DNA from: Camelus ferus | Taxonomy: Eukaryota | DNA: 64,000 nt | Direction of reading: 5' to 3' | NCBI RefSeq assembly: GCF_009834535.1 | Contig: NC_045700.1 | Span: 46,190,001-46,254,000 of the forward strand | Part shown: positions 26,198 to 39,249 of the stretch, piece after piece | How positions within the stretch are numbered: position 1 is the first letter of the stretch | Layout of the letters: every line of letters begins with the position of its first letter | The notes under the pieces: model-generated | Database searches by the model: none | What the model was told of the DNA's origin: nothing | What the model saw: only the letters and a program-made list of their open reading frames with translations | Position numbers and translations under genes: made by a program

Positions 26198-26335
26198 GGG
26201 GGTGGGGCTGGGTGTAGCTCAGTGGTAGAGTGGTTGGGTTCAATCCCCAGTGCCTCCACTAAATAAATAAACAAATAAATAAATAAACCTAGTTACCTCC
26301 TCCCCTAAAAAATTTAAATTTAAATTTAAAAAATC
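26198..26335 (+). mobile_element. Camelid tRNA-derived SINE with an internal deletion
   Basis: gtagctcagtggtagag-tggtt-gggttcaatccccagtgcctcc, then (aaat)n and cctagttacctcc. Confidence 0.85.
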
Positions 26336-26456
26336 AATTAAAAGGACAAATAATCTACAGCCGAGCCCCATGTTTAAGGCAGTACTTCTGAGCCTTTTCC
26401 ATATGTAGCACACTTCAAATGTGAGAAATATTTATGACATACTCAATTTAAGATTT

Positions 26457-26815
26457 TTTTTTGGTGTATATATATATTTATTTATTGAAGTATAGTCAGT
26501 TTACAGTGTGTCAGTTTCTGGTGCACAGCACAGTGCTTCAGTTCTACATGAACATACATATATTCGTTTTCATACTCTTTTTCACCGTAAGTTACTGCAA
26601 GATATTGAATATAGTTCCCTGTGCTATACAGTATGAGCTTGTTGTTTATTGGGTTTTGTAAGGACTCCTCCCGTAGTCTGAAGCGAGAGACACTCTGCCA
26701 GAGTTCAGTAGGTGCTCTGTGTGATTCAGCGGGTTTGTAGATGTAATTCTTGGTGTGTTTGTGGGAGAGGGCGAGCTGTGAGTCTCTCTACTCTACCATC
26801 TTGGCACCCATCCTC
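26457..26815 (-). mobile_element. Internally deleted L1 (5' end fused to 3' end)
   Basis: 15-bp perfect TSD ctcaatttaagattt (26442-26456, 26816-26830). The minus strand starts GAGGATGGGTGCCAAGATGG and ends in the same L1 3' UTR seen at 24047-24160 and 60645-60781. Confidence 0.85.
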
Positions 26816-27189
26816 CTCAATTTAAGATTTAAGTTTCGTAGGAACTTGTGTGCATACTGGAGTTGTGGGCAGTTACCATCTAAAAAGTGGATTGTTGGTA
26901 AGTGGACATGTGGAGTTTGGAGTATACACCCATTGTTACGGAAGGTTAGGGTCTCAGGCCAAGTCCTACTTACTGGATAGTACACTTTTTCTGTGCATCA
27001 GTGCATCGAAAGTTCCATTAGAAACTGCCTGGAGTCTGTGCCTGCCGGCCTGGGTGGTACTGTTCCTCCTCCCCTCTCTCACTGGGCCAGTTTCCTCTTG
27101 GATTGCGGAGAGGGCAAGGGGAGAGGTGGGTCTTGATTGCTGTAAGCTGCCCGAGTTTCCCAGTGGGGCTGAGAATAGCTAGCAACTCT

Positions 27190-27425
27190 TGGAAATGTGT
27201 TATGTGCTAGGCAGTGTTCTAAGCACTGAACAGATATTTACTCCCTCAATCCTCACAGCTACCTAACTAGGTAGGTCACATTACTCTTCTCGTTTTACAG
27301 TTGAGGAAATGACGTCCTCAAGTGGTTAAATAACTTGCTCCAAGGAACATGTCTAGAAATCAGGGGAACCAAGATTAAACCCAAGCCTTCAGACACCTGA
27401 ACATAGGCTCTCAGCCAGCGCTCTA
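27190..27425 (-). mobile_element. MIR
   Basis: gtgctaggcagtgttctaagcact...aatcctcacag...ttttacagttgaggaaatga...taacttgctccaagg. Confidence 0.75.
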
Positions 27426-28493
27426 CTATTTGACTCGAAAGAAACATGGTCAAGCATACAGCTTCCCTCTGTCTTGGCTGTTTTTCATCCTTTCAGATTA
27501 CCCCACTCCCCATATCTCTGCCGTCCTGCTGGGTACCCTCCGGCCTTCTTTGCTCAGAGCTGCTCCCGATGCTCACCTTAACCTGGTCTCACCTGCACGG
27601 ATGTGCCTAGAAGAGGATGATTTTCCTTCCTCCCCTGCATGGCCCTAAATGAGTAATGATGGTAACGGGGAAAGCTGAAAAGAGAAAGGTGAGGAAAGGG
27701 AGGCAAGGGAAGGAAGATGAGAATTAAGGAGGAGAAAGGTGAGAAGGAAAGAAAAACAGGGAAGAGAGGTGAGGAAAGAGGAAGAAAATAAGGCAGGGCA
27801 GGTGTTCCTAAGGGATGATAAATAACATCAGCACTGATGTGCTGACACCTCAGGTTTAAAGCCGGCACGAGATTTTGATGGTATTAAAATAGTATTTGGC
27901 CAGGGGCTCCGGGAGCATTGCCCTGGACCAATTATCTCTCACCACAGGGCGCTAGCCAAGAATAGCCGAGCAACACTGTCATTAGCTGTGGGTTTAAAAA
28001 AAAACTTAGTAAACTTTTAACTTTAGATTTAGCTGTGGTTTTGACCACAGACCCAATGCAGAGAACTTTCCTAAGCCAAGCTTGGTCTTCTCTTACGGGA
28101 TCAGGAATGATTAGCTTTATACCAAAGCTGGCTTATTCCCTCCTCGATGTCCAGCCAGAGTCTTCTGAATTGATTTGTAGAGTCACTAAGAAATAAGGAA
28201 GAAAAAGCCCCACTGACCTCTACCTCCTCTGACCCTCCAGAGAGTAGCCTGAGATAGAGAGCCCAGCCTTCCCACCAGCTCTCACGAGCAAGACAGTATT
28301 CCAGCCATATGGGAGGAGGAAGCGAAGGAGAATGAGCCAGATGGCTGAACCTCCTCCCATGGCAAGTTGCTCAAAAGGGAGAAACAAAAAAGCCATCTCT
28401 ACCTGCAGCTGGCCTTGTAAAGGACTCTCGGTCTCTACCCACTAGTGATGTGGCCAAATCAGGGTGATAGGTTAGCCAATCAGCATAGGACCC

Positions 28494-28558
28494 TATATAA
28501 GTCAGGGTTCTCTAGAAAAACAATACCAACAGGAGATAGAGAGCTAGATGGACAGACT

Positions 28559-28599
<41 letters not shown>

Positions 28600-28958
28600 G
28601 GATTTCTTTTAAGAAATTGGCTTACATGATTGTGGGGGCTGCCAAGTTGGAAATCTTTAGGGCAAGCTGGCAGGCTGGAGATTTGGGTGAAAATTAATGC
28701 TGCAGTTGCCAGTCTGAAAGTTGGAAACTCAGGCAGAATTCCTATGTTGCAATCTGGAAGAATTCCTTCTTTGGGAAACCTCAAGGGAGACCTGTTTGCT
28801 CTTAAGGCCTTCAACTGCTTAGATGAGACCCATCTACATTATGGAGGGTAATCGGCTTTACTTAAAATAATCTACTGATTGTAAATGTTAATCACATCTA
28901 AGAAATACTTTTCAGCAAAATATAGACTAGCCAAGTTGACACAAAATTAACCATCATA
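28494..28958. mobile_element. MLT2 (ERVL) solo LTR
   Basis: agtcagggttctctagaaaaaca...aagaaattggcttacatgattgtggggg...gccaagttgacacaaaattaaccatcata. Exact 5-bp TSD gaccc at 28489-28493 and 28959-28963. Confidence 0.88.
28559..28598. repeat. (GATA)10 microsatellite inside the MLT2 LTR
   Basis: Counted directly. Confidence 0.97.
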
Positions 28959-29059
28959 GACCCCTGTGAAGGGGAGCAAAATGGGATTGGGCAGTGGGCC
29001 ATGGGAGGTCAAACGAGGAAAGACCTTGAATTCCTAGAGACCAGCGGCAGCATTGCCAA

Positions 29060-29260
29060 GTGCCTTCAGGTGTCACTCTGTGCTAGGCGTTCTGTGGATA
29101 TTAACTGATTTCATCTTTAGTTATTCAAGTCCTGTTTTACTGTTGGGCTTGAAAACCAGACTCAGTGACCTTGGGTATAACTTTCCTGGGGCTGCACAAA
29201 TGTCTGTGGCTAAATTAAGATTTGATTTCGGGTCTGACACACTCCATATTTCACATTCTT
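29060..29260 (-). mobile_element. MIR (degenerate)
   Basis: ctgtgctaggcgttctgtggatattaactgatttcatc...agatttgatttcgggtctgac. Confidence 0.5.
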
Positions 29261-32200
29261 CTTGCAGCTCACATGTGAAAAGGTGGGCAGGGGGCAGGAC
29301 AAGGAAAAGAAGAAAAGTTCAGAGAGACTAAGAGAGAATTAAGGAAAGAATTAAGGTAACAGCAGAGTCACATCTTTAAAAGAGGAGAGGGCAGTTTCTT
29401 GCTAGCCTGCCCCTCTGTTTTCTTTCCTCAAGACTCACCCCGCCCCATGTGCCTCTCTCCTCATCTGAGAGTCAGAAGTCAGAGGAGACAGTGGTGATAA
29501 ATTTCTAAACTTCTGTTGGAGTTTCGGCTCCTCGGTGGGGTTTTAGCTGAGCCAGCGTGGGGAGATGAATGGCCCATGGTAGTGGCACGCCCACTGCAGG
29601 CAGCTTTGTGCAAAGCCCCTCACGAGCCTTGTGTCACCAGCTGCTCCCTCCCCGCCCTCCCCGGCTGGGTGCTGCTCATGGTCTCCCTGTGCCGGTTAGA
29701 CGCTGAGTAACTTGCCCCCGGCTCTGCAGCTCTTCGTGATGCTAGGGCTCAAGTTCTTGACCCGTAGGGTTGGACAGGTACCATCCAGAGGAAGTGAAGA
29801 GGCAGGAATAGGGTGAGGCTGAGCAGTCTAGGCGTGATGAAGGTGGGGAGAAGCAGCTCTTCCCTCACAGCTCCTGCAGCCCGCCTCCTGCATTTCTGAT
29901 TGCAGCTCAGAGCTCCACACCTCGCGAGTGTCTGCTTCCCCCGAGGCAGGCCGTGGGGGAAGGCCCACTTCTCACACTGAAGCGGTGCTGCCCTGGGCCC
30001 CTGGGCCCTCATTCCACCACCTTTTAGATCTGGAGACACACACTTTAATGAGCATGGCCTGACCCTTTGAGGGGCTTCTAGGTTAGAGGGTGGGATGGAA
30101 CAGTGGAGGTGATGAGGGCGGGAAGAGGAGGTACGGTGTGTACAAGGTGGAGGAGAAACGGGTGGAATTGGTGCTGGTGGGATGTGTGGGAGGTTGAGAG
30201 AAAGGGAGGATGCTGACTTGGATGAAGAGGTGGATGGTGACGTCGCACCACTGACTGAAATAAGGAACACGTAAGGAAGAAAGCCCTGCGCGGGTTCTGG
30301 CATACTGCTTTTATATCTTACATTTATTAGGTATTATTGATTTGATGGAATTTTTCCTGGAAAGAGTCACCCTATTTCTTTTATATGATAGCAAGATGTA
30401 ACAGTGTATGACTGTCAAGAATACATAGAGCTTACATATTTTGTTTGGCTCATAAATTCATATTACCTTCCTGTTTCAATAGATTACTTTTTCTCTCTTC
30501 CCATCATTCCTTACTTTTTTGCTCACTAGGGGAAGAAAACACACTTCTTGGCCTCTGTATGAGTGCTTTGGCAGGTTCTTTTGAATTCTTGGGGCCCCAG
30601 GTGGAGGGTCACACTTCTCACTGGCGCTCCCCAGGAGCAGAGCATAGTAACCCTCCTCATTCCACTTGCACTCTTGAGCGAGCCGGCCTCTTGGTAGCCC
30701 CAGCTGTGTTGTATCTTGCTTAAGTCACAGGTGAATGGGTTGTCCACTCACGATGACACAGCAGAGCTGGAAATCGCCCTGATCCTCTCACCCAATCCAG
30801 TGCTCTGCCCCCAGCATGCTCGGCGTTAGCCCTGCTGTTCACGGGGGCAGCGGGGAGGGCTCTGCAGACACGCGGGGTGCGAGCTCCCAGGCGCCACCAG
30901 GACGCACGGTGGTCAGTGTGTGGTCCCTTCTTTGCCCCCTCGGATCACATAGATGCCCAACATTGGACAGCGGAAGCTGTTGATTCCACGTTTGGAAGCG
31001 GGATTCAAATACAATCCATCACTCGGGTGAGTGGTCATGGAAACTTCAGGCCCTTTCTGGCAGGAGAGGGTGGAGGACAAGAGCCGCTGGGCTGGGGGCA
31101 GTGAGGTGGCTGCCCAGCCCACCCCGTCAGTTTAGAAACACACGTCTGCCCGCTGACGCCGCCTCCCCTGTGGGTCTGCCCCTGGGTCAAAGAGGGTCGG
31201 CCGGTGGTTCCAGATCCTGCCTCACTGGTTGGAACCAGCTTCTCTCTCACACAGTTAGGCCAGCACTGTTCTGTGCCCTGCCTTCTCTTCGGCTGAGGCC
31301 CCCAGTCCAAGGCCTCAAGCATGGACTGGAGGGAGAGACAAAAGCCTCTGGGTGAGGAGAGGGACATGGGCCCGGCCTCTCAAGAGACCCTTCCCGAGGA
31401 GCTGGTGCTACGTTGCTTTCACTTCTTTTGTTACAGCCTTGAAACCATGTTTGGGCTGAGAACTCTGGGAAATATGTGGGTTCCTCTGTCCCTGTTACTC
31501 TGACGAACTTTTAGAGACCACGGTCCTTGGAAGCACCTCCCTATAAATCATGTTGAATCCACTACTCCGTAAAACAAAGCCGAGCTCGGAAGTGCCCCTA
31601 CCCCTGCGCCGCGGTGCAGCTGTCAGAGGCCCCTCTCCCGGCTTCCCAGATGCTCTCCTCCCTGGCCACTCTGCGTCTTAGCCCATGAAACTGAGAAGGG
31701 CCGGCGAGGAGACCTGCCCGCAGACCATGTCACCAGCCCAGAGTGTCCCAAGCCGGCTCACATGCTCACGTAGATTTCCACTTGGCAGCGCAGGTCCTAC
31801 CAAGGATTAATCCTCCCGGTTCCCAGCAAGACCTGCCCCCACCCCCGTTCTCCTACCTCACTGCCTGTCTCGGGTGCCTATTTAACTTACTGGGCTACAA
31901 GCCAGAGATTTTACATTCCCACTAAATGAATAATACAATGGGTGGACTTTTTCTCATTAATATTTAAATGGATTTAGGGTTAGAAGGGAGCATTGAAACA
32001 GCTGTAAACAAATAAACTTCAAAACAATCGATAGTCTTAGAAACTTCAGTATCTAAGGCTATGCCCACCTCTGCGTGTGTGTGGGTGTCAGAGAAGGAGA
32101 GGGAGAGAGACAGGGTCCTGCTTTTCTCTGAAGGTTTTATAGGTGAGGGGTCTATTTGGCATGGTAACTTTAAATCCTAAAATAAAGAAGGTTTTAATCT

Positions 32201-32379
32201 TCACACCAAAAAAGGGTAACATTTTCCCAGTCATATGAAGGAAGAATTTCTGATGGCTGCAAAGTAAATAGAAGTTCATGCTGCAAAGTATGGAATGGAA
32301 TGGTTTATTAATTCACTAAAATTTCTGTATCTCTATAATAGATGCTTATTTAAAGTGTTAATGTTTACGTAAGGCAAGG

Positions 32380-32560
32380 CACAATGGTTTAAATCAGACC
32401 TCTTTTGAAATCCTCAGAGCCACTTAATTGCTGTGTGACCTTAAGTAAGTTAGAGTCCCTGTAAGTTGGGGATCATAGTTCCTACTGTAAATGAGTGAAT
32501 GTATATAAAGCGCTTAGTATGAAGCTTGGCAAAGAGCAAGGGTCGCCTGCTTTTTTATGA
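32380..32560 (+). mobile_element. MIR
   Basis: gctgtgtgaccttaagtaagtta...atcatagttcctact...gaatgtatataaagcgcttag. Confidence 0.7.
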
Positions 32561-34454
32561 CTATTTTTGAGAAGGAAAAGTTGGTTGTCTAGAGTGGATG
32601 CTGCTGGTTGTAATGTTGTCATTTTATCACAAGAGGGCAGTGCTAGCATAGAAAAAGCAGGAAATGCACTTGGTATTAGAAATGGCGAGAAGTTTAACAA
32701 TATTGTTCAGCCATTTCGTGGGATCAGAGAATTGGGCGCCTTGATAAAGTTCTCTGGCAAATATTAGCCAGATTTTGGAAAACGATCTCTTACTGATTCT
32801 CCCTCAAAAATAAAATGTGCTTTTATTTTTGTAGCCCCTCTTTGTCTCTGCAACAAATCTGTTTTTTAAGCATTGCATATATGTTTATAAAATCTGAAGG
32901 ACAACATGTTTCTCCGTCACGTGGCTTTGTCTCCCTTTCCCTGTCTTTCTGTTTCTGCCTGTCTGGCTGCTCACTTCATTCTCATTTCACCCCATGATTT
33001 TCAGACAGAGAACATCGCCATCATTAGGAAACATTTTCTGAACCCCTTTATTGAGTCAGTAAAACCTGAAAGGTGCCAAGCCCAAAGTGGTTGTTTGTCA
33101 TCTCTTACTACTTCTCTGTGCTCTTTGTTAGGATCTGCTCAGGGGTTATGTAGCATCACGCATCCACATGCTGTATTTAATTTTATTGCCATGTAATTTT
33201 TGGTTTGGGCGGGGGCGAGACCCAGCCTCAGTGCAGGACAGACCGGCTTTCACTGCAGTGGGGCCAGCCTCCCTGATTTGGTTATCGGAATGCTAATGCT
33301 TCCATTCTCATCGAACCTTCCCACAGCCAGCTTGCCTGATCTTGTTAAGCTGCATCTAATACTGCTTCCAGAGAGGTGCTCTCAAAGTAACAGGACTTGT
33401 CTTTGCTGTTTGTTAGGAGAAAAACACATTTGTCTTAGAATTATTTTGCCTTCCTGGTTGGCGATAAATCCTTTAGACTGCACATATGCCCTAATGTCTT
33501 GACAAATTCAGAGCCTAGGTTCCATTAAATTTTTATTTTCTAAAAGGACTTGGAGCATTCCATAAATTCCAGGACTATATTCAAGCTCTTGAAATAAACT
33601 CAAGAACTACCAAATGGCAAGTATTGCCTATAGGCCTAAAATTTAGATTGTAAAAATATTTGCTTTGTAAAAATTTATATTTCAGGGTCTACACACTTAA
33701 ATGACCAAGTTATTCCTTGATGTTAATCCAGCATGTATTCAAAACAATAAATATATGGCGAGACAATGAACTCTTCTTGAGCCATTTATATGGAAGTGAG
33801 TTAAATATGCATAATAAAAATATCTGATAGCCCTTAAAGTTAGAGGGCCATCAAAGCACTTGATGTACTTACCACAGAGAATTCTTCTATTTTATCGTTG
33901 TTCTAAATTTCATCAGAATGTCTAACTTGTGTAAATTGGATTTCAGTGGCTGTTTTGTAGACATTACTTGCAAGGCCTGTGTTTATTAGCTTGGATATCA
34001 GTGACACAGAACCATGGGCTTTCCTAACACCATTCTCATGTTCATACTGTAGTTATGTTTATAATGAAGCAAATAAAATGACTCATACTAGAATGCCTGC
34101 TTTAAGAAAACTCCCGTATACCGTAATTCAGACGTACAAAGCAGATAAATTAAGGGGAGATTAGTTGCGGTACAAAAGGATTCTTTGATTTACAGCAGGA
34201 TTCATCAGAAGGGTTCCTTTGAATACAAGCTCCCCCAGAGAGCTGAAGTGTTTTGCAGATCATTCAAACCACTTGACATCCAGACTAGGGGACAGAGAAA
34301 CTTAGAATTGAAGTGTTGAAAAGCCATCATTAATTGGAGATTAACACAAAATGAGTAAGAGATTCTGTTACTTAAGTAGTAGAAAAATATAACTTGCTTT
34401 TTTAGAAATGTAGATAGCCATATTTATGTACATGTGTAAAGTCAGAAACAATGT

Positions 34455-34660
34455 TTTCCATTTTTTATGGAGCACCTACTAGGTGCCAGGAACCATGTAG
34501 GACTATCTGTTATCTGTATTGAATTCTGCTAATAATCTTATGAGAAAGATTGTACCCATTTCACAAATGAGGCCCCTGGGAGCATTCTTCTTAAAGCCTA
34601 GGAGTAGTCACTGGCAGAGGTGATTTGAATCTAGGTCTACAAGATGCATGCTCTTCGCCC
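34455..34660 (-). mobile_element. MIR
   Basis: gagcacctactaggtgccagg...cccatttcacaaatgagg...ggcagaggtgatttgaatctaggtct. Confidence 0.7.
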
Positions 34661-35689
34661 CATGCTGCCTCCAGGGGATTTTCTCACGAAGCATGGAGTG
34701 TGCAGATTCTGGTGCCTGCAGGTGTGTATCATTTGCCTGAGGCTCCCTGCCTTCCAACAGGTTGGCGTTGTCCCCATCTTTGTTAACTTATCTAATACCA
34801 CCTTTTATGAATGAAGGTAACCAGACTCCACCTATTCCACAAAAACACATCAGTACAAAGATATTGCACATGACTTGGGTTGGTGCCTAGCTGGGCAGAG
34901 GAGGAGAACCTGGAAGCTGGGAGTTGCGCAGGTGGAGGTGGGCGCCACCTAGAGGGCATATTTGGGCAGTGCTGGGCAGGAGGTGGGGAGGAAGCGGAAT
35001 GTTGGAGGGGCAGAGCCCCCAGGTTAGCATGGTGGGGGGCCGAGGCAGGTCTGAGATGATGGGGTACAGCTTGGTGATGGGCAGGGAGGCAGGAAGCAGA
35101 CCTTGTGATGGAGGTGGGTAGGCTGATGGAGAGCCCTGGTGTTGGAAGGATGCCAGAGAGGAGCTGGGGCCAGGGGGCGCTGTCAGAACAAAGCAGTCTG
35201 CCACTTTGAGAAGAATCAGGATACCAGGCAGGTTATCAGGACAGAGATACAGAAAGACAGAAACCCAGTTTCTCCAACTGAAGTAAGAGCTTCGTTATTA
35301 GAACTAGGGCACAGGATCGGAGTGAGGAAAGCAGAAATGCTCATGCAATTCACGGTCTCTGGCTTCTGATTGCTTACATTTCTCCTGATGTGTAAGAGGG
35401 TTGGTGCCGCAGCCTGGAATGGACTTGATCCTCTAGGTGAGGGTCAAGTGGACCCCAGTACTGGAACTGGGGAGTCGGGGATGGCAGTGCCAAATGTTTC
35501 ATATTTTCCTGGTGATTGCAATCAATCTATAAATTGGCTGATTGAAAGGAGAACCTGTATGGATTAAATCTTTAATCAATCAATCAAATTAATCATTTTT
35601 CCTACTGAGCTTTGGAAAGAGGTACTTATATTTCATATAATTTAAGAAGTACGTGGGAGATAATTAGATTGACTAGTTTCTAGTCTCAA

Positions 35690-35900
35690 CTCTCTACTCG
35701 TTAGTGATGCTTTGGGCAAATGATTGAACATCTTTGAGTTTGATTTTTCTCAACCTATGAAAGAGCAGTAATCCCAACATCACAGGATTGTTTCAATACC
35801 ATCAGTCAGAATACCCACAACTTATTAAACATTTCTTTTGAGTCAGGCACTGTGCTAAGCACTTTAAATACATTACCTGATTTAACTGTTGTGAGGAGTA
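35690..35900. mobile_element. Two adjacent MIR fragments in opposite orientation
   Basis: tttgggcaaatgattgaacatctttgagttt... followed by ...gtcaggcactgtgctaagcactttaaatacatta. Confidence 0.55.
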
Positions 35901-36399
35901 AGTGAAGCATCACTGTCAAGACGCCCGGCCCAGTGCAAGGCGCAGAGTCCCCCGACGCGCACACCTGGAGATCCACGTGCGTACTGATGCACGCGAGGAT
36001 CAGCACTGAGGAGTGGGGGATTTGGTGTTTAGAAGGCACGAGAAGGAGTGATCATAGGTGAGATAGATAGGTGAGAGAGAGCTGGGTCAGATCAGAGGAA
36101 GGAACCGAATGACATTTCAGTAACCTGCCATAGGTAATTCTGTTTCTGAGAGCCCATCACCCCTGTTCTATGGTAGAATTGGCATCGGGGACCCCGTTGA
36201 CCTTACTAACACAATGAAGTCTTCCCATTTGTCGCCCAGGGGATGCTGCACTTAGGATATGTCTGACGCAGAGCGGTCAGTGATAAGCCGGTCTCTGCGG
36301 CTACTACGGAATCTCGTTGGGAATACTGCTTCAGCCCAATACCTCCCCAGAGGTCTCAGTGTAACTTGAGACTCACAGCCGTGTTTGGCTAAGCCACTC

Positions 36400-36600
36400 G
36401 CTTGCTCCCCTCAAAGCCAAGTTGGAGACAAGGATTTGTCTGCAAGTGGTTTTTATGGAGGAGACCCCCGGCAGTAAGGGCATGGGGAGTTGAGACAAAG
36501 AAGGAGGAATGCCAATAAAAGTGTGTATATAGAGTTCAGCTGTGGGCACCTGGGCTCACTGCTTCTTGGGACCCTCTGAGAAATCATGTAGGGTAGGAAG
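36400..36600. mobile_element. Old LTR fragment (ERVL/MaLR class, family uncertain)
   Basis: gagacaaggattt...gcaagtggtttt...gccaataaaagtgtgt...gctgtgggcacctgggctca...gggaccctctgag. Confidence 0.45.
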
Positions 36601-38964
36601 CCAAGGTATTTGTCCTCCTACTCTCAAGCCTCTTTGCTGGAAGATGCACCTTACAGGGATTAACTGCCCAGCACTCTGCCCTAAGGCGGAGCAATGCAGG
36701 TGCCTGAGAGAGGGAACCGCAGGTGTGTATGGGAACTGTCCAGAAAGCTGCAGGTGACCTCGGGAGTAGGGGTAGGGTGAGGAAGAGGGGTGGGTAGAAC
36801 CTGGCAGGACTCCAGCAGCATCTGTAAGACCTACCTTCATATTTAAAAACACTCAAGTTTTAAAATCTTCATTTCATATTTGAAAGTCCTCACAATAAAT
36901 TACGATCTTAATGCAAAACAGGACATTCCTTCGCTGTGGATGTTTTAGTCCTTGCTGATTGCTTTCTTCAGTCTCTACGTCACTGTCAATATTTCCTTTC
37001 AGGTAACTTTTCTGAACATTAACCTGCAAATGAGCAGAAAATGAAGTAGTCTGAATAGTCCTCATTTAACAAGTGTTGAGACACAAGCAGATTTCTAGAG
37101 GATGGGCGAACGGAACAGGAGTAGTAGTGTTACTAGTGTTCAGATACAGACACGTCCAGCCGCAGGCGAAGGCGTGTGTTAAGCGTCTTCACGGGGTTTC
37201 AGGCCTGGAACTCTGGCCTGAGAGATTGGTTAGCTGTGAGTGTGGACAGCGTAAGAGTGCACTGCCACACTGACTCACACTTTTCCTGCCTTTCTGTGTA
37301 CATACTGATTCTGCTGAGTGAGAGAACATTTGAAGGTAAATGTCTTTATTTGATAATTATTTTCTAAGCACTGTGCAAGAACCTGCCGGGAATTCAAATG
37401 TAAACAAGGCCTGGTCCCCAGGAACTATGAAGACAGTGATTAATCTTTAGAGTGAAGATATTCTTCTTAGGACTTTCTTCTTCCTTGTGCTCAGTGATCC
37501 CAGTGCCCAAACCACACTTCCCAGATCCAGTCAGATTTCTAAAAAAATTTGTCCTAAGGTGACTGCGTCTGCTGAAAGTGGAGTTTGAACTTGCAAGCCA
37601 CACTTCTTTCAGGTGAGGTTTTACAGTCCTCCTTTCAAGACCCTCTCTTGTATTTGTGACTCCCTGTCCTTACGTTTGAGAGGATCAAGTGTGAGGGAAG
37701 AGATGAAGGAAGGAGGGATCCCACACTCAGTTCTGGTGTCTGATGGGAGAGTGTGGGATACTGGAAATGAGCCCAGGTGCTGGATCCAGTGACCAGGGCT
37801 GGTGCCCCTGTGCACGGAGGTCCTGCCACACTGAGTGACACAGGAGGACACTTGGCAATATACTCAGTGTTGCTACATGTGATGAGGCAGGGATTGTGTT
37901 AAACTCTCTAGGGGCGATCCAAGAATAATTTCAGTCCTTTGTCATTATTGCAAGAACTGCTCACTAGCAAGAAGACAGGCTCATGTGACTTTCACAGCCT
38001 GTGTCTTACTTTGTATACCTTTGGGTGACACATGGTGACATGTGTCAGGCACAGGGTGAGAGATGGAGAGGACAACCTAATCCATAAAAGGCTCCCGCTA
38101 GCTCACATATAACAGATCTTCATAGTTCTTTCCCTTATACTTTGTGGGTGCGGCAGGAGTAATATTTATGGTTCATCCCGGTCAGGTTTTAAAATAGAAA
38201 TTTACACTGGGAAGAATGAATTAGGCTGAAAGAATTCTTTCCGAAGGGTTCAGATGATAAAAAAAAAAAAAGAAGAAGAAGAAGAAGTAGGCTAGCGGGG
38301 TCCTCAGGCGAACCCGATAGCCTAGAGAATTTGTGAGAGTCTGATTTATCACGATCCATCTTATGTTTTTACTGTAATTTGAAAATCACTCAGAAGTATC
38401 AAACTTGCTGGGTATTGATCCTTCACTTTGGACTGGAATTTGTTTGCAGCTGCCCTTCTGGAAAATTTACTAGCAGGCTGTTGTTACATTTCCCCCTGAT
38501 CTTTCATTTTCTTCTGAGGTATTGATTTTATTTTCCTGAACACAATTTTATATGGTAATATCTGTGCAGAAGCAATTTGCTACGGTTCAAGGAACTGGAT
38601 TCCCGTGGGCATTTGTCTTAGTTATGTGATTACAGGGTCACTAACTTGATCTTAATAACATTTGCCTATTACCGTGTGTTAGATGCATGAAAGGAAACCT
38701 GTGCTTCCTAACTCAGGATTACCCTTGTGTGTCTCCCTTATCAATAATTCCTTGCAAAACTGATGTCCAGGTGGTTTTGAGTGGCTGCTTGCATTACTTG
38801 AAACTAGTTAGTATTAAACCCAGATAGCGTCACCATTGTTGCATGCAGAGAGGGCATTACTTTTTTTAGTACACCTTAAAATTTTAAATCATTGATTCAG
38901 GATATTTTATAAACTAGCCACACTGTACCTCATTAGATGCTGTTTTTACTCTGTTGTGGCTGCA

Positions 38965-39110
38965 GGAGGCAGCATGATACAGAAAGCTTGGAATCTCAAG
39001 TCAGTCACAGTCAGAATCTGGCTGCATGGCGTGTTATCTGTGCGAACCAGGGCCTTGCGAATCCACCGTTCTCTCCCTCAGTTTCCTCATCGCTTGAAGA
39101 CAGACTGACA
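38965..39110 (+). mobile_element. MIR fragment
   Basis: ctctccctcagtttcctcatc core. Confidence 0.5.
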
Positions 39111-39249
39111 CAACAATATCCCTATTCCAGTTTCTTATTTAAATATCATAACTGAAAAAAAAATATCATAACTGCACTCTCCCCCTAAAAAACCTGAGTT
39201 CCTCTTCAAAAGATTTCCCCTATTGTCTTAAAGCAGATTGTAGTCATAT

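Noticed and set aside
29749-30303. 184-aa Pro/Ser-rich minus-strand ORF
   Set aside because: Composition is explained by a purine-rich low-complexity + strand.
38259-38287. A-run plus (GAA)n as a retro-insertion tail
   Set aside because: No element body or TSD seen; treated as a simple repeat.
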